From a virus (taxonomy: Duplodnaviria > Caudoviricetes): a stretch of 64,000 nucleotides of DNA. The notes below the pieces were generated by a model that saw only the letters and a list, made by a program, of their open reading frames with translations, was not told where the DNA came from and searched no databases. The stretch covers positions 204-64,203 of IMG/VR virus record IMGVR_UViG_3300033076_000117. One strand, written 5' to 3'. Position 1 is the stretch's first letter. Each line of letters opens with the position of its first letter. Shown here in pieces: positions 1-9,523 of this stretch. The position numbers were made by a program, and so were the translations under genes.

Positions 1-1
1 T

Positions 2-187
2 GCACTGCAAGGACGAGTGCCAACCAAAGTCAGAGGTACAATTCGTAAAGGTGACATGATGGTTAGTGCAGGTAATGGTTATGCTAGACCAAGTAACTCT
101 CCTACAATGGGAACTGTTATAGGTAAAGCATTAGAAAACTTTGATGGCATTGAGGGTGTTATTGAAGTAGCAGTTGGACGACTATAA
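2..187 (+). CDS. 3' end of tail fibre/spike protein with C-terminal intramolecular-chaperone-like domain (partial)
   Basis: Frame 2 reads ALQGRVPTKVRGTIRKGDMMVSAGNG...VIGKALENFDGIEGVIEVAVGRL*, the GRVPxKVxG / GDxxVS / VIGKALE pattern typical of phage fibre C-termini; stop TAA 185-187 overlaps the next ATG. Confidence 0.65.
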   Translation, partial: ALQGRVPTKVRGTIRKGDMMVSAGNGYARPSNSPTMGTVIGKALENFDGIEGVIEVAVGRL

Positions 188-1206
188 TGGCAATGATAAC
201 TATTTCAGTTCAAAGTCTTTTGAACGCCGCACTGTATGATAGTTATACAGTAGATGATTCTACTACAGTCGGTGATTTAATGGATCTAATACAAACTGAG
301 ACAGGGGTTAGTCCTGATTGGTACATTCTATCATATGATAATGTTTCATTAGATGTTCCAGTTGCACCGTTGTCAGATTATAACATTGTGGATGGCTCAG
401 TATTGCGTTCAGGTAATGTAATTGCAACATTAGAAACATTACAAGACAGACAACTTGCTAAATTAAACCTAGCGTCATTAGATAGAGCATACGTAGGAAA
501 TCCAAGCACTGAATACGATATAAATTTACTCCCATCACAATACATTGGTAACGACTCAGTTCCCAACGATCATCCAGATGGATTGATTGAGGGTCGTCCT
601 TGGATCCAAGTAAGTCCTGTTCCTGGACCATTTACTTTAAACTGGTACGGTAATGTATCCAACCCAGTCGCAACAACAGGAACATATTCTACTACACATG
701 GTGGAATAACATTAAATCCTGATTCATATATTGACGTTGGATCAGGCCTAAACGCAGGTCCATTTACAATTATGTTAGATGCCGCACCTGGATTGGGATG
801 GAATGGTAACAGTTGGGATTCTATTATAGGTAATGAGAATTACTTTGCCGGCACTGGCTTTCTTTGCTATATCAGTGGTGGAACAAGCATAAGTGCAGGA
901 CAGCCTAATCAGGCTGCTGAAGGTTCTATATCAGATATTACTGATAATGTCAGACGTTTGTATACCTTTACATACGATGGTACTACAATGTCAATTTATG
1001 AAAACGGTTCTCTTGTAGGTAGCAATGAACCATCATATACAACACCTGATAACAATTTCTACATTGGTAGTAGACACGACAACGGAGGGGGTGTTGGCCC
1101 ATATGATTCACAGGGCGGCACCTATTATGCATTAACTGTTACTTCTACTGCATTAAATGCATCACAAGTACTTGCTGAATATAATGCATGGGCGGCATCA
1201 ATATAA
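187..1206 (+). CDS. Virion-region protein: N-terminal ubiquitin-like domain + C-terminal LamG/concanavalin-like domain
   Basis: aa 3-76 align by eye with ubiquitin (TV..L...IQ..TGV.PD...L.Y....L.....LSDYNI...S.L); C-terminus has LamG-type motifs (LYTFTYDGTTMSIYENG, FYIG, ALNASQVLAEYNA). Confidence 0.65.
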   Translation: MAMITISVQSLLNAALYDSYTVDDSTTVGDLMDLIQTETGVSPDWYILSYDNVSLDVPVAPLSDYNIVDGSVLRSGNVIATLETLQDRQLAKLNLASLDRAYVGNPSTEYDINLLPSQYIGNDSVPNDHPDGLIEGRPWIQVSPVPGPFTLNWYGNVSNPVATTGTYSTTHGGITLNPDSYIDVGSGLNAGPFTIMLDAAPGLGWNGNSWDSIIGNENYFAGTGFLCYISGGTSISAGQPNQAAEGSISDITDNVRRLYTFTYDGTTMSIYENGSLVGSNEPSYTTPDNNFYIGSRHDNGGGVGPYDSQGGTYYALTVTSTALNASQVLAEYNAWAASI

Positions 1207-1217
1207 TTATATTATTG

Positions 1218-1309
1218 ATAAATACATAATAACATTCTCATAGGGAGAATTTATGCAGTACCCCACTGCGTAGCGGCTAGAACCCGCAAACATTTAAAGG
1301 AACAAACAA
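1218..1309 (+). ncRNA. Structured 5' leader (three hairpins), copy 1, after late promoter ATAAATA
   Basis: Stems ATTCTC/GAGAAT (1234-1250), TATGCAGT/ACTGCGTA (1252-1272), GCGG/CCGC (1273-1287); homologous to 2938-3026 with compensatory changes. Confidence 0.7.
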
Positions 1310-2203
1310 ATGGGAAACGCATTAAAGATTAGAAAATATCAAGGTAGCCAGGTCGTAGACCAAGGTTTCCCTAACGATGAAACAACAGATAACGGTTACG
1401 ATGGTAACAATCCAGGTATCGTGGGTGGTATCGATGAGCAAAGCGACCAAATCCGTTGCAGTGCAAGTATTCTTGTAATTGGTAATGGGACAATCTCCGC
1501 AGATTCAACTAGTACAACTATCACTGGAACTGGTACTAACTTCACGACTGATTCACTTAATACTGGAAGTTCACAACTTTGGGTAAGTGATGGTCAAGGT
1601 GGCTACACAAGTCTTGGAACTGTTGATAGTGTTACTAATGATGGTGAATTAGAACTAGCCGCAAACTCAGAATTGGATCTTACAGATAGTGCTTGGTACT
1701 ATACTGCTGTGGGTAACGCTTCTATCGTTCGTCAAAAAGGTTCACGTACATTCTTGGTTGCTATGACAACACAGAACACACAAGATGAATCTATTGCAGC
1801 CGGTCAAGCATACATGATTGCTGACGTAAGTGATACTGATTGGCAAGCACTAGGTGCTGATGCTACCGCCGCACAATATGATATCTTCACTGCAACAGTA
1901 AGTGGTCATGGTCTTGCAACAAATGGTGTTGTATATAACGTAGGTACATGTTTATTAGTTGATGAAACTACTCCTCTACAACCAAACACTATGAGTGTTG
2001 AAATCTATAACGATGGCGACACATACAATGCAAGTCGTTTGAAGAACAAGTTCAGTACGAACTTTGATGAGCCTTATGCAAATGCCAACCCTGGCGTTAC
2101 ATATTCTGCTACATTCTTCAATAATAGTGGTAATACATTACCTAACCCATCGGCTGCAGGTGACTTGGTCTATACTGAAGTTGGTACAGAAAACTGGTGC
2201 TAA
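1310..2203 (+). CDS. Putative virion structural protein (paralogue of 3027..4409)
   Basis: Late promoter and SD upstream; shares MGxxLKI N-terminus, IVRQKG..xLV and PNTM motifs with 3027..4409; G/T/N-rich. Confidence 0.6.
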   Translation: MGNALKIRKYQGSQVVDQGFPNDETTDNGYDGNNPGIVGGIDEQSDQIRCSASILVIGNGTISADSTSTTITGTGTNFTTDSLNTGSSQLWVSDGQGGYTSLGTVDSVTNDGELELAANSELDLTDSAWYYTAVGNASIVRQKGSRTFLVAMTTQNTQDESIAAGQAYMIADVSDTDWQALGADATAAQYDIFTATVSGHGLATNGVVYNVGTCLLVDETTPLQPNTMSVEIYNDGDTYNASRLKNKFSTNFDEPYANANPGVTYSATFFNNSGNTLPNPSAAGDLVYTEVGTENWC

Positions 2204-2220
2204 TCAGTTTCTAACTCAAG

Positions 2221-2243
2221 AAAAAGCGGCGTAAGCCGCTTTT
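2221..2243 (+). terminator. Intrinsic terminator (possibly bidirectional)
   Basis: AAAAAGCGGC-GTAA-GCCGCTTTT directly after the stop of 1310..2203. Confidence 0.8.
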
Positions 2244-2257
2244 CCACTATATACTAT

Positions 2258-2938
2258 ATGATAAAATATAGACACCCTGATACATTAGGACATCTCAAAG
2301 AAGACTGGATTGAAACGTATCGCAGTTTCAGTAACAACAGTTATTACGATCCCAACTACATTCATTTCAGCGACTTAGAAGTTATCAACGATGACAGAGT
2401 TCAGCCCAAAAACTGTGTGCCCATTCATCAACATTGTGATATGGAAATCTTAGGATACATCATCGACGGTCCTTGCTACCACAATGATAACTTACACAAT
2501 TACGGTGAAGTACCTAGCGGATGCGTACAACGTATGAGTAGTGGAACTGGTATTTGGCACACTGAAGGCAATCTATCAGACAAGCCTATTCGTTATCTAC
2601 AGATTTGGCTACGACCCAACAAACATAACTTTCCACCGCAATATGATGTAATGCAGTTTACAAGAGAAGATAAACTAGATAAGTTCTGTCCTATTGCTAG
2701 TAATACAGGCCCTATTCATATCAACAGCGATGCTAAAGTATTTGCTGGGATTTTTACAAAGAATCATGTTGTACATTTAAACACTTCACGTAGATACTAT
2801 GTGTATATAGTTTCAGGATCAGCTACGATCAACGGAGTAGATAGTCCTACACTAGGTGGTTTTGCAATAGAAAACGAAACCACATTGGAAATATCTAATC
2901 CCACTGACTCTGAGATACTCCTTTTCGATCTCCGTTGA
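2258..2938 (+). CDS. Pirin-family cupin (YhhW/quercetinase-like)
   Basis: Pirin motifs H.H.DMEI, GCVQRMSSGTGIWHTE.N, LQIW. Confidence 0.85.
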   Translation: MIKYRHPDTLGHLKEDWIETYRSFSNNSYYDPNYIHFSDLEVINDDRVQPKNCVPIHQHCDMEILGYIIDGPCYHNDNLHNYGEVPSGCVQRMSSGTGIWHTEGNLSDKPIRYLQIWLRPNKHNFPPQYDVMQFTREDKLDKFCPIASNTGPIHINSDAKVFAGIFTKNHVVHLNTSRRYYVYIVSGSATINGVDSPTLGGFAIENETTLEISNPTDSEILLFDLR

Positions 2939-3026
2939 TAAATACAATGTACGCTCACATTCGGTGAGTTTATGCGGTCCCCGCCGCGTAGTGGAATAGA
3001 ACCCACATATCAATAAGGAGAAACAA
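2938..3026 (+). ncRNA. Structured 5' leader (three hairpins), copy 2, after late promoter ATAAATA
   Basis: Stems GCTCAC/GTGAGT (2953-2969), TATGCGGT/GCCGCGTA (2971-2990), GTGG/CCAC (2991-3006); loops CCCC and TAGAAC conserved with copy 1. Confidence 0.7.
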
Positions 3027-4409
3027 ATGGGACGCCCTTTAAAAATCGCAAAGGCTCAAGCAGTCTTAACAATTACAGATACAACAAACGCAACATCTGC
3101 GGTTACTGTATCACAGAATTTAAATACGTTAGTCATTCTACGTGGTATGCAATTTGTTGTTGCATCTGATGTAGGTGGACTTTCAGCCAACACAGTATAC
3201 TGGGTACTAGAAGTTTTAGATGATAACAATTTTACAGTTTCTGCAACATCACCTGATGCAAATAGAACAAGCACACCAGTAACATTGTCAGATACAACAA
3301 GTCAATCTGTGTTAGCATCTGTCAACGTTGTTGATGCATGGTTCAACAATCCAGTAGGTGGCCCAGGATTCCCTACAACTAACGCTAATACATATGGTGT
3401 AGTCGGTGGAAATACAGCAATCGTTGGTCCACAAGTACTATGTGAAGTTGCTTTCAATGTGCCTCAAACAGGTCGTGTATTTGCTGATACAGGTAGCAAC
3501 ATTGTCGCTGGTTATGGTACTGATTTTGCTAACTTAGTAGTTGGTACAAACATATACGCTCTATGGGGTGATGGTACTGGTACACCTATGTTATTAGGTA
3601 CAACAACCTCTACAGCAGGTAATCATACTGTTGCAGTTGCAAACACACAAAACACAGGTAACATCATTGGTACATCAGGTAATGCATTGACACTAGTTGA
3701 AGGTGCCCCAGTTACATTCAGTGCTAACTTAGGTGGTCTAATAACAGGTACTACATATTGGGTATTGAACACTGCTAACGCAACAGCATTTACAGTGTCA
3801 TTAACTCCAGGTGGCGCAGAAGTTGACTTATCTGATGCTACTGGAACACCAACAGCAAGCCAACAACAAGTTGTATTGACTGCGGTTTCAGCAAACAATG
3901 CTACAGGTGTTGATGGTACAGGTGACACTTATACATCTGCTCTACTAGAACAAGGTTATATTGTTCGTCAAAAGGGCAAGACAAAGTATTTGGTACAAGG
4001 TGTAACGTCTGGTATTCTTGGTCCAGTATACACTGCTAACGTTGCGAACGCGGCATTAGAGCCAAATACAATGAACATCATTGCTACATATGCTGACTCA
4101 AGCACTGCTTATGTTGCTAGCTTAAATGACTATCAATCTGAAGTATTCCCTGACCAAGTGGCTGCTGAAGATTTAGTTGTTGGAACAACATATACAATTT
4201 ACAGTACAGGTGACACTAACTGGGCAGAAGTTGGTTCAGCAAGCAACATGACAGGTGTTTCATTCGTTGCAAATGCTTCAGGCTCTGGTACAGGTACTGC
4301 TATTTTAGCAAATGCAAATCCTGATATCATCTCTACGTTCAACACTGCTTATGCGGCTAATACGTATGATGGTCAACCTAACCCAATCGTAACAATCAAC
4401 AACGCATAA
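3027..4409 (+). CDS. Putative virion structural protein (paralogue of 1310..2203)
   Basis: Late promoter, SD AAGGAG; T/G/A/N-rich beta modules; shared IVRQKG motif. Confidence 0.6.
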   Translation: MGRPLKIAKAQAVLTITDTTNATSAVTVSQNLNTLVILRGMQFVVASDVGGLSANTVYWVLEVLDDNNFTVSATSPDANRTSTPVTLSDTTSQSVLASVNVVDAWFNNPVGGPGFPTTNANTYGVVGGNTAIVGPQVLCEVAFNVPQTGRVFADTGSNIVAGYGTDFANLVVGTNIYALWGDGTGTPMLLGTTTSTAGNHTVAVANTQNTGNIIGTSGNALTLVEGAPVTFSANLGGLITGTTYWVLNTANATAFTVSLTPGGAEVDLSDATGTPTASQQQVVLTAVSANNATGVDGTGDTYTSALLEQGYIVRQKGKTKYLVQGVTSGILGPVYTANVANAALEPNTMNIIATYADSSTAYVASLNDYQSEVFPDQVAAEDLVVGTTYTIYSTGDTNWAEVGSASNMTGVSFVANASGSGTGTAILANANPDIISTFNTAYAANTYDGQPNPIVTINNA

Positions 4410-4410
4410 T

Positions 4411-4725
4411 ATGACTACGAAAGCTATTAGAATGCCGACTAAAAAGACAGAAACTGAAGTGGCTGTTCTTCAAGTGCAGGTAGAAAATATCACTAATGAT
4501 ATTAGCGAAATCAAAGCTGATATCAAAGATGTAAACGCCTGCATAGTTAAAAACAATGAAGATACGCACAACTTTTTAAAAGAAATGAAAGAAGCCAGTG
4601 CTAGTGCTCACAAAGCAATGTCCGACAAAATCACCGCGTTAGAAAAATGGCGATGGATGATGATGGGAGCAGGTGTAGTTATAGGCTCACTTGGATTCGA
4701 AACATTGGGCAAGTTGCTCAAGTAA
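4411..4725 (+). CDS. Coiled-coil protein with C-terminal transmembrane helix (holin/XhlA-like?)
   Basis: Heptad pattern aa 15-78, then WRWMMMGAGVVIGSLGF hydrophobic segment. Confidence 0.45.
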   Translation: MTTKAIRMPTKKTETEVAVLQVQVENITNDISEIKADIKDVNACIVKNNEDTHNFLKEMKEASASAHKAMSDKITALEKWRWMMMGAGVVIGSLGFETLGKLLK

Positions 4726-4728
4726 CTA

Positions 4729-4752
4729 AAAAGGACTCTTACGAGTCCTTTT
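4729..4752. terminator. Bidirectional terminator between convergent genes
   Basis: AAAAGGACTC-TTAC-GAGTCCTTTT, with A and T tracts on the two sides. Confidence 0.8.
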
Positions 4753-5152
4753 CTGTTAGTGCTTTTAGTTTTTCTTGTACAACGTCAAAGTTCACTGTAT
4801 TGAATAATCCAGGATGTAATGGTTTAGGATATTGATGATCCCCTACCCAAGCATATCCACAGTGTTCGTAGTTCAATTTAGGTATGAATTCATTATCGAC
4901 TTCACAAAAGAATGTATGATACGTGAATGAGTGATTCACGAACTTCTGAATAGGAACTAGTTTTGCTTTCTTAGGGAAGTATCCGATTTCTTCCTCGCAT
5001 TCACGTTGAATGCCTTCAATCAATGTTTCATCACCCTCAATCTTGCCACCAGGAATCCCCCAGTTGCCTGGGTTCTTACTGTCTGTTCGTAGTAGATATA
5101 AGAAACGTTCTGTATTCTTTGCGTAAAAGAATACGCCTGCTGATTGACTCAT
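4739..5152 (-). CDS. Nudix hydrolase
   Basis: Nudix box GGKIEGDETLIEGIQRECEEEIG. Confidence 0.9.
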   Translation of the reverse strand: MSQSAGVFFYAKNTERFLYLLRTDSKNPGNWGIPGGKIEGDETLIEGIQRECEEEIGYFPKKAKLVPIQKFVNHSFTYHTFFCEVDNEFIPKLNYEHCGYAWVGDHQYPKPLHPGLFNTVNFDVVQEKLKALTEKDS

Positions 5153-5170
5153 ACTATCATTTATCTTAGT

Positions 5171-6544
5171 TTAGATAACGATAGAATAATCTCCCTGGTC
5201 GTACCAGCCCTCATAACTCTTCATCCACACACCATCAGGTGTATATCGATACTGAATGTTTGTGGTCAAGTTAGTAACGTATTCAACTGTTGTAGCTGTT
5301 TCACTATCAAATGAGACAAACCACTCACCTGAATCACCATCATACTCAACGATATCATTTGCACTAGCTACTAATGGGCCCCATGCAGTTGTAGTATCAC
5401 CATCATGCCCCACATTATCAACTAATATATAACGAACTCCTGGAACTGGGCCAGGTAATCCTGCGTTAGGTCCAGAAGTCAATGGGTTTACAACACTATT
5501 GACAGGTGCTAATGTATTTTGTGGCAATGTATCGGTGTCGATGTTATAGATTAGTAATCTATCATCTGTTGGATCGGGAACGATAGTACCAACAATGTCA
5601 GTGTTCATATATGGATTCTGTAACCAAATTTGACTGATGCCAGGACGCAACGTGCCATAGACGTTCAATAACGATGACCAATACAGGTTAGTATCCGGTG
5701 GGTTTGGATAGTTCAAGTCTAAGTTACTTTCGTAGAATGCTTCATCTGCGGGTAGTAACTGTAGTCTATTACCAATCAACAATACTTTGTATCCATAAGG
5801 TGTAATCTTTTGACGAGTACCTAATAGCAAGTCATCATCTTGCATGTCTTGTAATGCTTGACCTTTGTAGATACTTGCAATGACCTTTTCGATAACGCCC
5901 ATCTTCTTTAGTTTAGCGGCTGCGCTGATCCAAATAGGCATATAGAACTTCCATGACATAACATCGATAGGGTTACCAGTACCTTGCGGAATAGTTCTGC
6001 TACTAAAAGTCAATCCATCTTGATAAACAACACTCAATGATGTCCAATCAACAAAGTTGTCAGTAGACTGAATTTCTAATGACGGGTTGAATAGTGTACC
6101 AAGTTGTTCAATCAATTCTAGTTTTTGATTGTAGTTAGTAGTCCAAAAGTCAACGTTGATTCGTAATGTGTATGGAACAGGCATGATACGTTCAACTGTA
6201 AATGCTTGACCCTGAACAGTTTCATAGTTGCCAGTGTCACTATTGAAAGCACGTTGACGAACGTTGATACTTTCAACATACGTAGGATCTTGTGTTCTAC
6301 GTTGGTCGTATTCTAACCCACTGATGTAATACGTAATCAATGGTGCGCTAGGTGTATTACTTGCACTGTTGTTGGCAATGATAGTAGCAGCCTGGCGAGA
6401 ACTATCACCATACATGATAGGTACACGCACAAGAATGTCATTACCGTTAGGGTCTTTGCCCTTAGTGACTTGCCAGTTACTAAAGATTTTTGCAAATTGA
6501 ATTAGAAATCTGCGTATCTGATTGTCGTAGAAAAATTGTGCCAT
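5171..6544 (-). CDS. Tail completion/terminator protein (T4 gp15-like)
   Basis: N-terminus FFYDNQIRRFLIQFAKIFSN and VPIMYG, PVPY, EQL..LFNP motifs resemble gp15-like proteins; structural context. Confidence 0.7.
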   Translation of the reverse strand: MAQFFYDNQIRRFLIQFAKIFSNWQVTKGKDPNGNDILVRVPIMYGDSSRQAATIIANNSASNTPSAPLITYYISGLEYDQRRTQDPTYVESINVRQRAFNSDTGNYETVQGQAFTVERIMPVPYTLRINVDFWTTNYNQKLELIEQLGTLFNPSLEIQSTDNFVDWTSLSVVYQDGLTFSSRTIPQGTGNPIDVMSWKFYMPIWISAAAKLKKMGVIEKVIASIYKGQALQDMQDDDLLLGTRQKITPYGYKVLLIGNRLQLLPADEAFYESNLDLNYPNPPDTNLYWSSLLNVYGTLRPGISQIWLQNPYMNTDIVGTIVPDPTDDRLLIYNIDTDTLPQNTLAPVNSVVNPLTSGPNAGLPGPVPGVRYILVDNVGHDGDTTTAWGPLVASANDIVEYDGDSGEWFVSFDSETATTVEYVTNLTTNIQYRYTPDGVWMKSYEGWYDQGDYSIVI

Positions 6545-6547
6545 GTA

Positions 6548-8260
6548 TTATAAACCAGTGATTGGTGGAATTGGATCTGGGGTAAGAGCCAACATCGTAG
6601 ATAGACCTTGCTTTTGTGGTACATACGTACCATCTGTCAATCTTGTAACGTTATCGTTATTTATGAAGCCTGACAACTGTGATTGATCTTCTAATGTGAA
6701 GCCAGTCTCTGTTCTAACGTTTTCGGAAATTCTAACCCATAACTGACCATCCCAACGATATAGAATCTGTGGGAAATAATCAATGCGTAAGAAGTATTCG
6801 CCTACTTGTGGATTCTGAGGGAAAGCTATGCCTGCACCTGTAGGGAATCCGTTTGGTGCAACAGCAGTGCCAGACAAATAACCTGCACTGTAGCCGAAAC
6901 TTCTTGGACTTGAACGAGCGATATACTGGAAGCGTGGATCGCAATCTGCACGATAATCCATTTGAGGTGTCACTGTACCAGTGAAACCTGCCGCAGTAGG
7001 ATCTTGGTCAGCAGTTGCATATGTATTATCAGCAGTACCATAAGGTCCAGTAATAACGCCCATACTATCAACTGTTAAAATAGTATCACCAACAACTGGA
7101 CCTGAACCAGTGTCAGTCATTAATGCCGCCTGCACACTAACTTGTAATTGTAATGTTGCACCAGCTTGAATTGGTGGCTGACCACCATCGATGGTCATTG
7201 TCCAAATCTTTGCGGCAGCCGCCGCTGGAATACGTATGATAGGACTATCATTGACGTATTGTGTATTAGTCACAATCTCAACTATAGGTGCAGGTGCACC
7301 TGTGTCAGAAGTTGACGCAACAATGTTTATTGGTGGTGCAGGCTGATCGTACTTCTTAGACAATACCCCATTTTCTTCATACTCACCATATGTAGGAACA
7401 ATGTATAGATTGCTTGTATCGTAACCTGACTTAGGCAATAGGCGTTGTGCTTCTTGTAAATTAGCATCATTAATAGCAATATTCTTGTTGTATGTACCAA
7501 GAATATCTTTTAGATTTTGTTCTGTAGTTAGTTTCCAATATGTTGGATCAGGTGGTGTTACGCCAATTGGAACGTCAGTAATAGATTCGTAATTCTTATC
7601 ACCAAAAGTAATAATATATCCTGGTGGATATGTTTTATCTTTTTCCCAATTTCCTAGATAATTGTCAGTATCAATTGGTTGTTGTAATATCTGACTAAAT
7701 TCTTGACTGTCAATTAATGGCTCACACTTAATACGCCATAAATGAGGATACCATGTTTGACTAAAACCTTCTGACGCAAAATTGGCATCAGTAATTTGAT
7801 AGAATCTTTTTAATGCAACAGGGATAGTTTCTTTTAATGGATTATAATCTAGTAAATGAGGTAATTCTAATACATCTCCAACCATTAACTTTCTACCCAC
7901 AATATCAATCATGTCGTTATAATGAACAACAATGAAAATAATATCGTTATTCAGAAACAAGCCAAATTGTGATAAATCAAAGTCTAAATTCTGTACATTA
8001 TAATGACCACGTAATCTATATACGTTTGGATCATATGTTCTATCTCGGTTTTCTAGGAATAATAAATCTTGAATATTCGTAGGATTTAGTGTATCATACT
8101 GCGGTTGAGTATAATCAATACTAGGACCCTGATCTGTAGGACCCAAATACTTGTGAATGTATAAATCCGTGCCGCCAACACGCAATTCTTCTGCTATGGT
8201 TCTATCAAAGAATCGATAATCATTCTGTTTATTTGGGCGGTAAAGCGATAATTTTGGCAT
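6548..8260 (-). CDS. Neck / head-closure protein (T4 gp14-like)
   Basis: Start reassigned to MPKLSLY at 8260, 5 nt below late promoter ATAAATA (8272-8266); LFLENRDR and LSQFG motifs; upstream of the gp15-like gene. Confidence 0.55.
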   Translation of the reverse strand: MPKLSLYRPNKQNDYRFFDRTIAEELRVGGTDLYIHKYLGPTDQGPSIDYTQPQYDTLNPTNIQDLLFLENRDRTYDPNVYRLRGHYNVQNLDFDLSQFGLFLNNDIIFIVVHYNDMIDIVGRKLMVGDVLELPHLLDYNPLKETIPVALKRFYQITDANFASEGFSQTWYPHLWRIKCEPLIDSQEFSQILQQPIDTDNYLGNWEKDKTYPPGYIITFGDKNYESITDVPIGVTPPDPTYWKLTTEQNLKDILGTYNKNIAINDANLQEAQRLLPKSGYDTSNLYIVPTYGEYEENGVLSKKYDQPAPPINIVASTSDTGAPAPIVEIVTNTQYVNDSPIIRIPAAAAAKIWTMTIDGGQPPIQAGATLQLQVSVQAALMTDTGSGPVVGDTILTVDSMGVITGPYGTADNTYATADQDPTAAGFTGTVTPQMDYRADCDPRFQYIARSSPRSFGYSAGYLSGTAVAPNGFPTGAGIAFPQNPQVGEYFLRIDYFPQILYRWDGQLWVRISENVRTETGFTLEDQSQLSGFINNDNVTRLTDGTYVPQKQGLSTMLALTPDPIPPITGL

Positions 8261-8299
8261 ACTCTTATTTATCGGATTTTTGAATACACAAGTACACAG

Positions 8300-8328
8300 T
8301 TGACAACGGTTCAAAGTGGTGTTATAAT
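8300..8328 (+). promoter_or_regulatory. Consensus sigma70 (early) promoter
   Basis: TTGACA (8300-8305), 17 nt, TATAAT (8323-8328), with extended -10 TG. Confidence 0.9.
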
Positions 8329-8356
8329 TGATAAATCACAGTAAAAGGAGTGCCAA

Positions 8357-9523
8357 ATGGCAACACGCAAGCGCAATTCTGAGGATCATAGTCAAGTCAA
8401 AGCAATTAATCCACGTGATCCAGACATACAATATATGGGGTCCGAGCCCCTTTTCGTGCTACAACCTGACACTGACCGCCGAAGTGTAGCACTTGCCCGT
8501 GCATTCAACTGGTATAACCGATTCTGTAGCAAAAAAGATGCTAAGGAACTGTTGTGCCAATTCCTTGACTTTACTGGCCGTCAACCCGAAGCGAAGGCAA
8601 TTCGCCGTGTAGCAGACAATGAAGTTATCAATACATACTGCTGGCTTGCACGTATGAAGCTCCGTGGTCTTGAACTCACTGAGCATGAAGAAGCTACCCT
8701 TGAAAATGAAATTGCACGTTTGATTCGTGCGATTCACAAGCCCGAAGTTGCAGAAGTTGTCGAAACAAAGGTAGAGACAGCATCACGTCCTAACATTCAA
8801 GAAATCTTGCGTGAGAAAGCAAAAGATGCCGCAGGTGAACTTGAGGCAGTGTTTGATTCATTTGTTGAAAACGGTAAAGCAAGTGAAAAGACCATGGATG
8901 TTGTTGCACGTTTCAACGTCATGCCGCAACATATCAGTTTGATTACTGATATTTGGAAGCGCAAACAAACTGAATTTGCAGAACTGCAAGAAGGTAAAGA
9001 CAAACAATTGGTTGAGGGCTATAGTCACCTCACTAAGATTCAGATTCGAAACATTGTCAAATTCATTGAACAAGTTTTGACAGACCTGAATGCTTATATC
9101 AGCGTCAAGAAAGCAAGCAAAGCACCTCGCCAACGTAAGGCAGTGCCTGTTGAGAAGCTGGTTGCTAAACTCAAATACCTCAAAGAATTCAAAGACCCTG
9201 CAAACAAGCTGGATCTGGTTTCTATCAGTCCAGTGAAACTGCATGGTGCCAGTGAAGCGTGGGTATATGACACTGCAAAGCGTAAACTGCATCACTATAT
9301 TGCAGACGAATATAGCAAGACCTTCACTGTGAAAGGTAATACTATTTTAGGTTTTGATACAGGCAAGTCTGAAATCAAAACACTGCGTAAACCCGCAGAA
9401 CAAATCAAAGAAGTCATGGGTAGCAAGCCCGCGGCACGTAAATTCTTTGATTCAATCAAAGCTGTTGCAACTACCCCGAACGGTCGTTTCAACGAAAATC
9501 TAATCATTCTAAAGGCATTCTAA
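8357..9523 (+). CDS. Conserved hypothetical early protein of T4-like phages
   Basis: Long ORF with SD AAGGAG; helical N-terminus and basic C-terminal domain (WVYDT..RKL, VKG.TI.GFD, KTLRKP). Confidence 0.7.
   Translation: MATRKRNSEDHSQVKAINPRDPDIQYMGSEPLFVLQPDTDRRSVALARAFNWYNRFCSKKDAKELLCQFLDFTGRQPEAKAIRRVADNEVINTYCWLARMKLRGLELTEHEEATLENEIARLIRAIHKPEVAEVVETKVETASRPNIQEILREKAKDAAGELEAVFDSFVENGKASEKTMDVVARFNVMPQHISLITDIWKRKQTEFAELQEGKDKQLVEGYSHLTKIQIRNIVKFIEQVLTDLNAYISVKKASKAPRQRKAVPVEKLVAKLKYLKEFKDPANKLDLVSISPVKLHGASEAWVYDTAKRKLHHYIADEYSKTFTVKGNTILGFDTGKSEIKTLRKPAEQIKEVMGSKPAARKFFDSIKAVATTPNGRFNENLIILKAF

Noticed and set aside
1234-1287. Match of the duplicated leader to twister/pistol ribozymes or known riboswitches
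   Set aside because: Only superficial similarity (GCGGTCCC); the conserved catalytic or pseudoknot elements I know are missing. Left unclassified.
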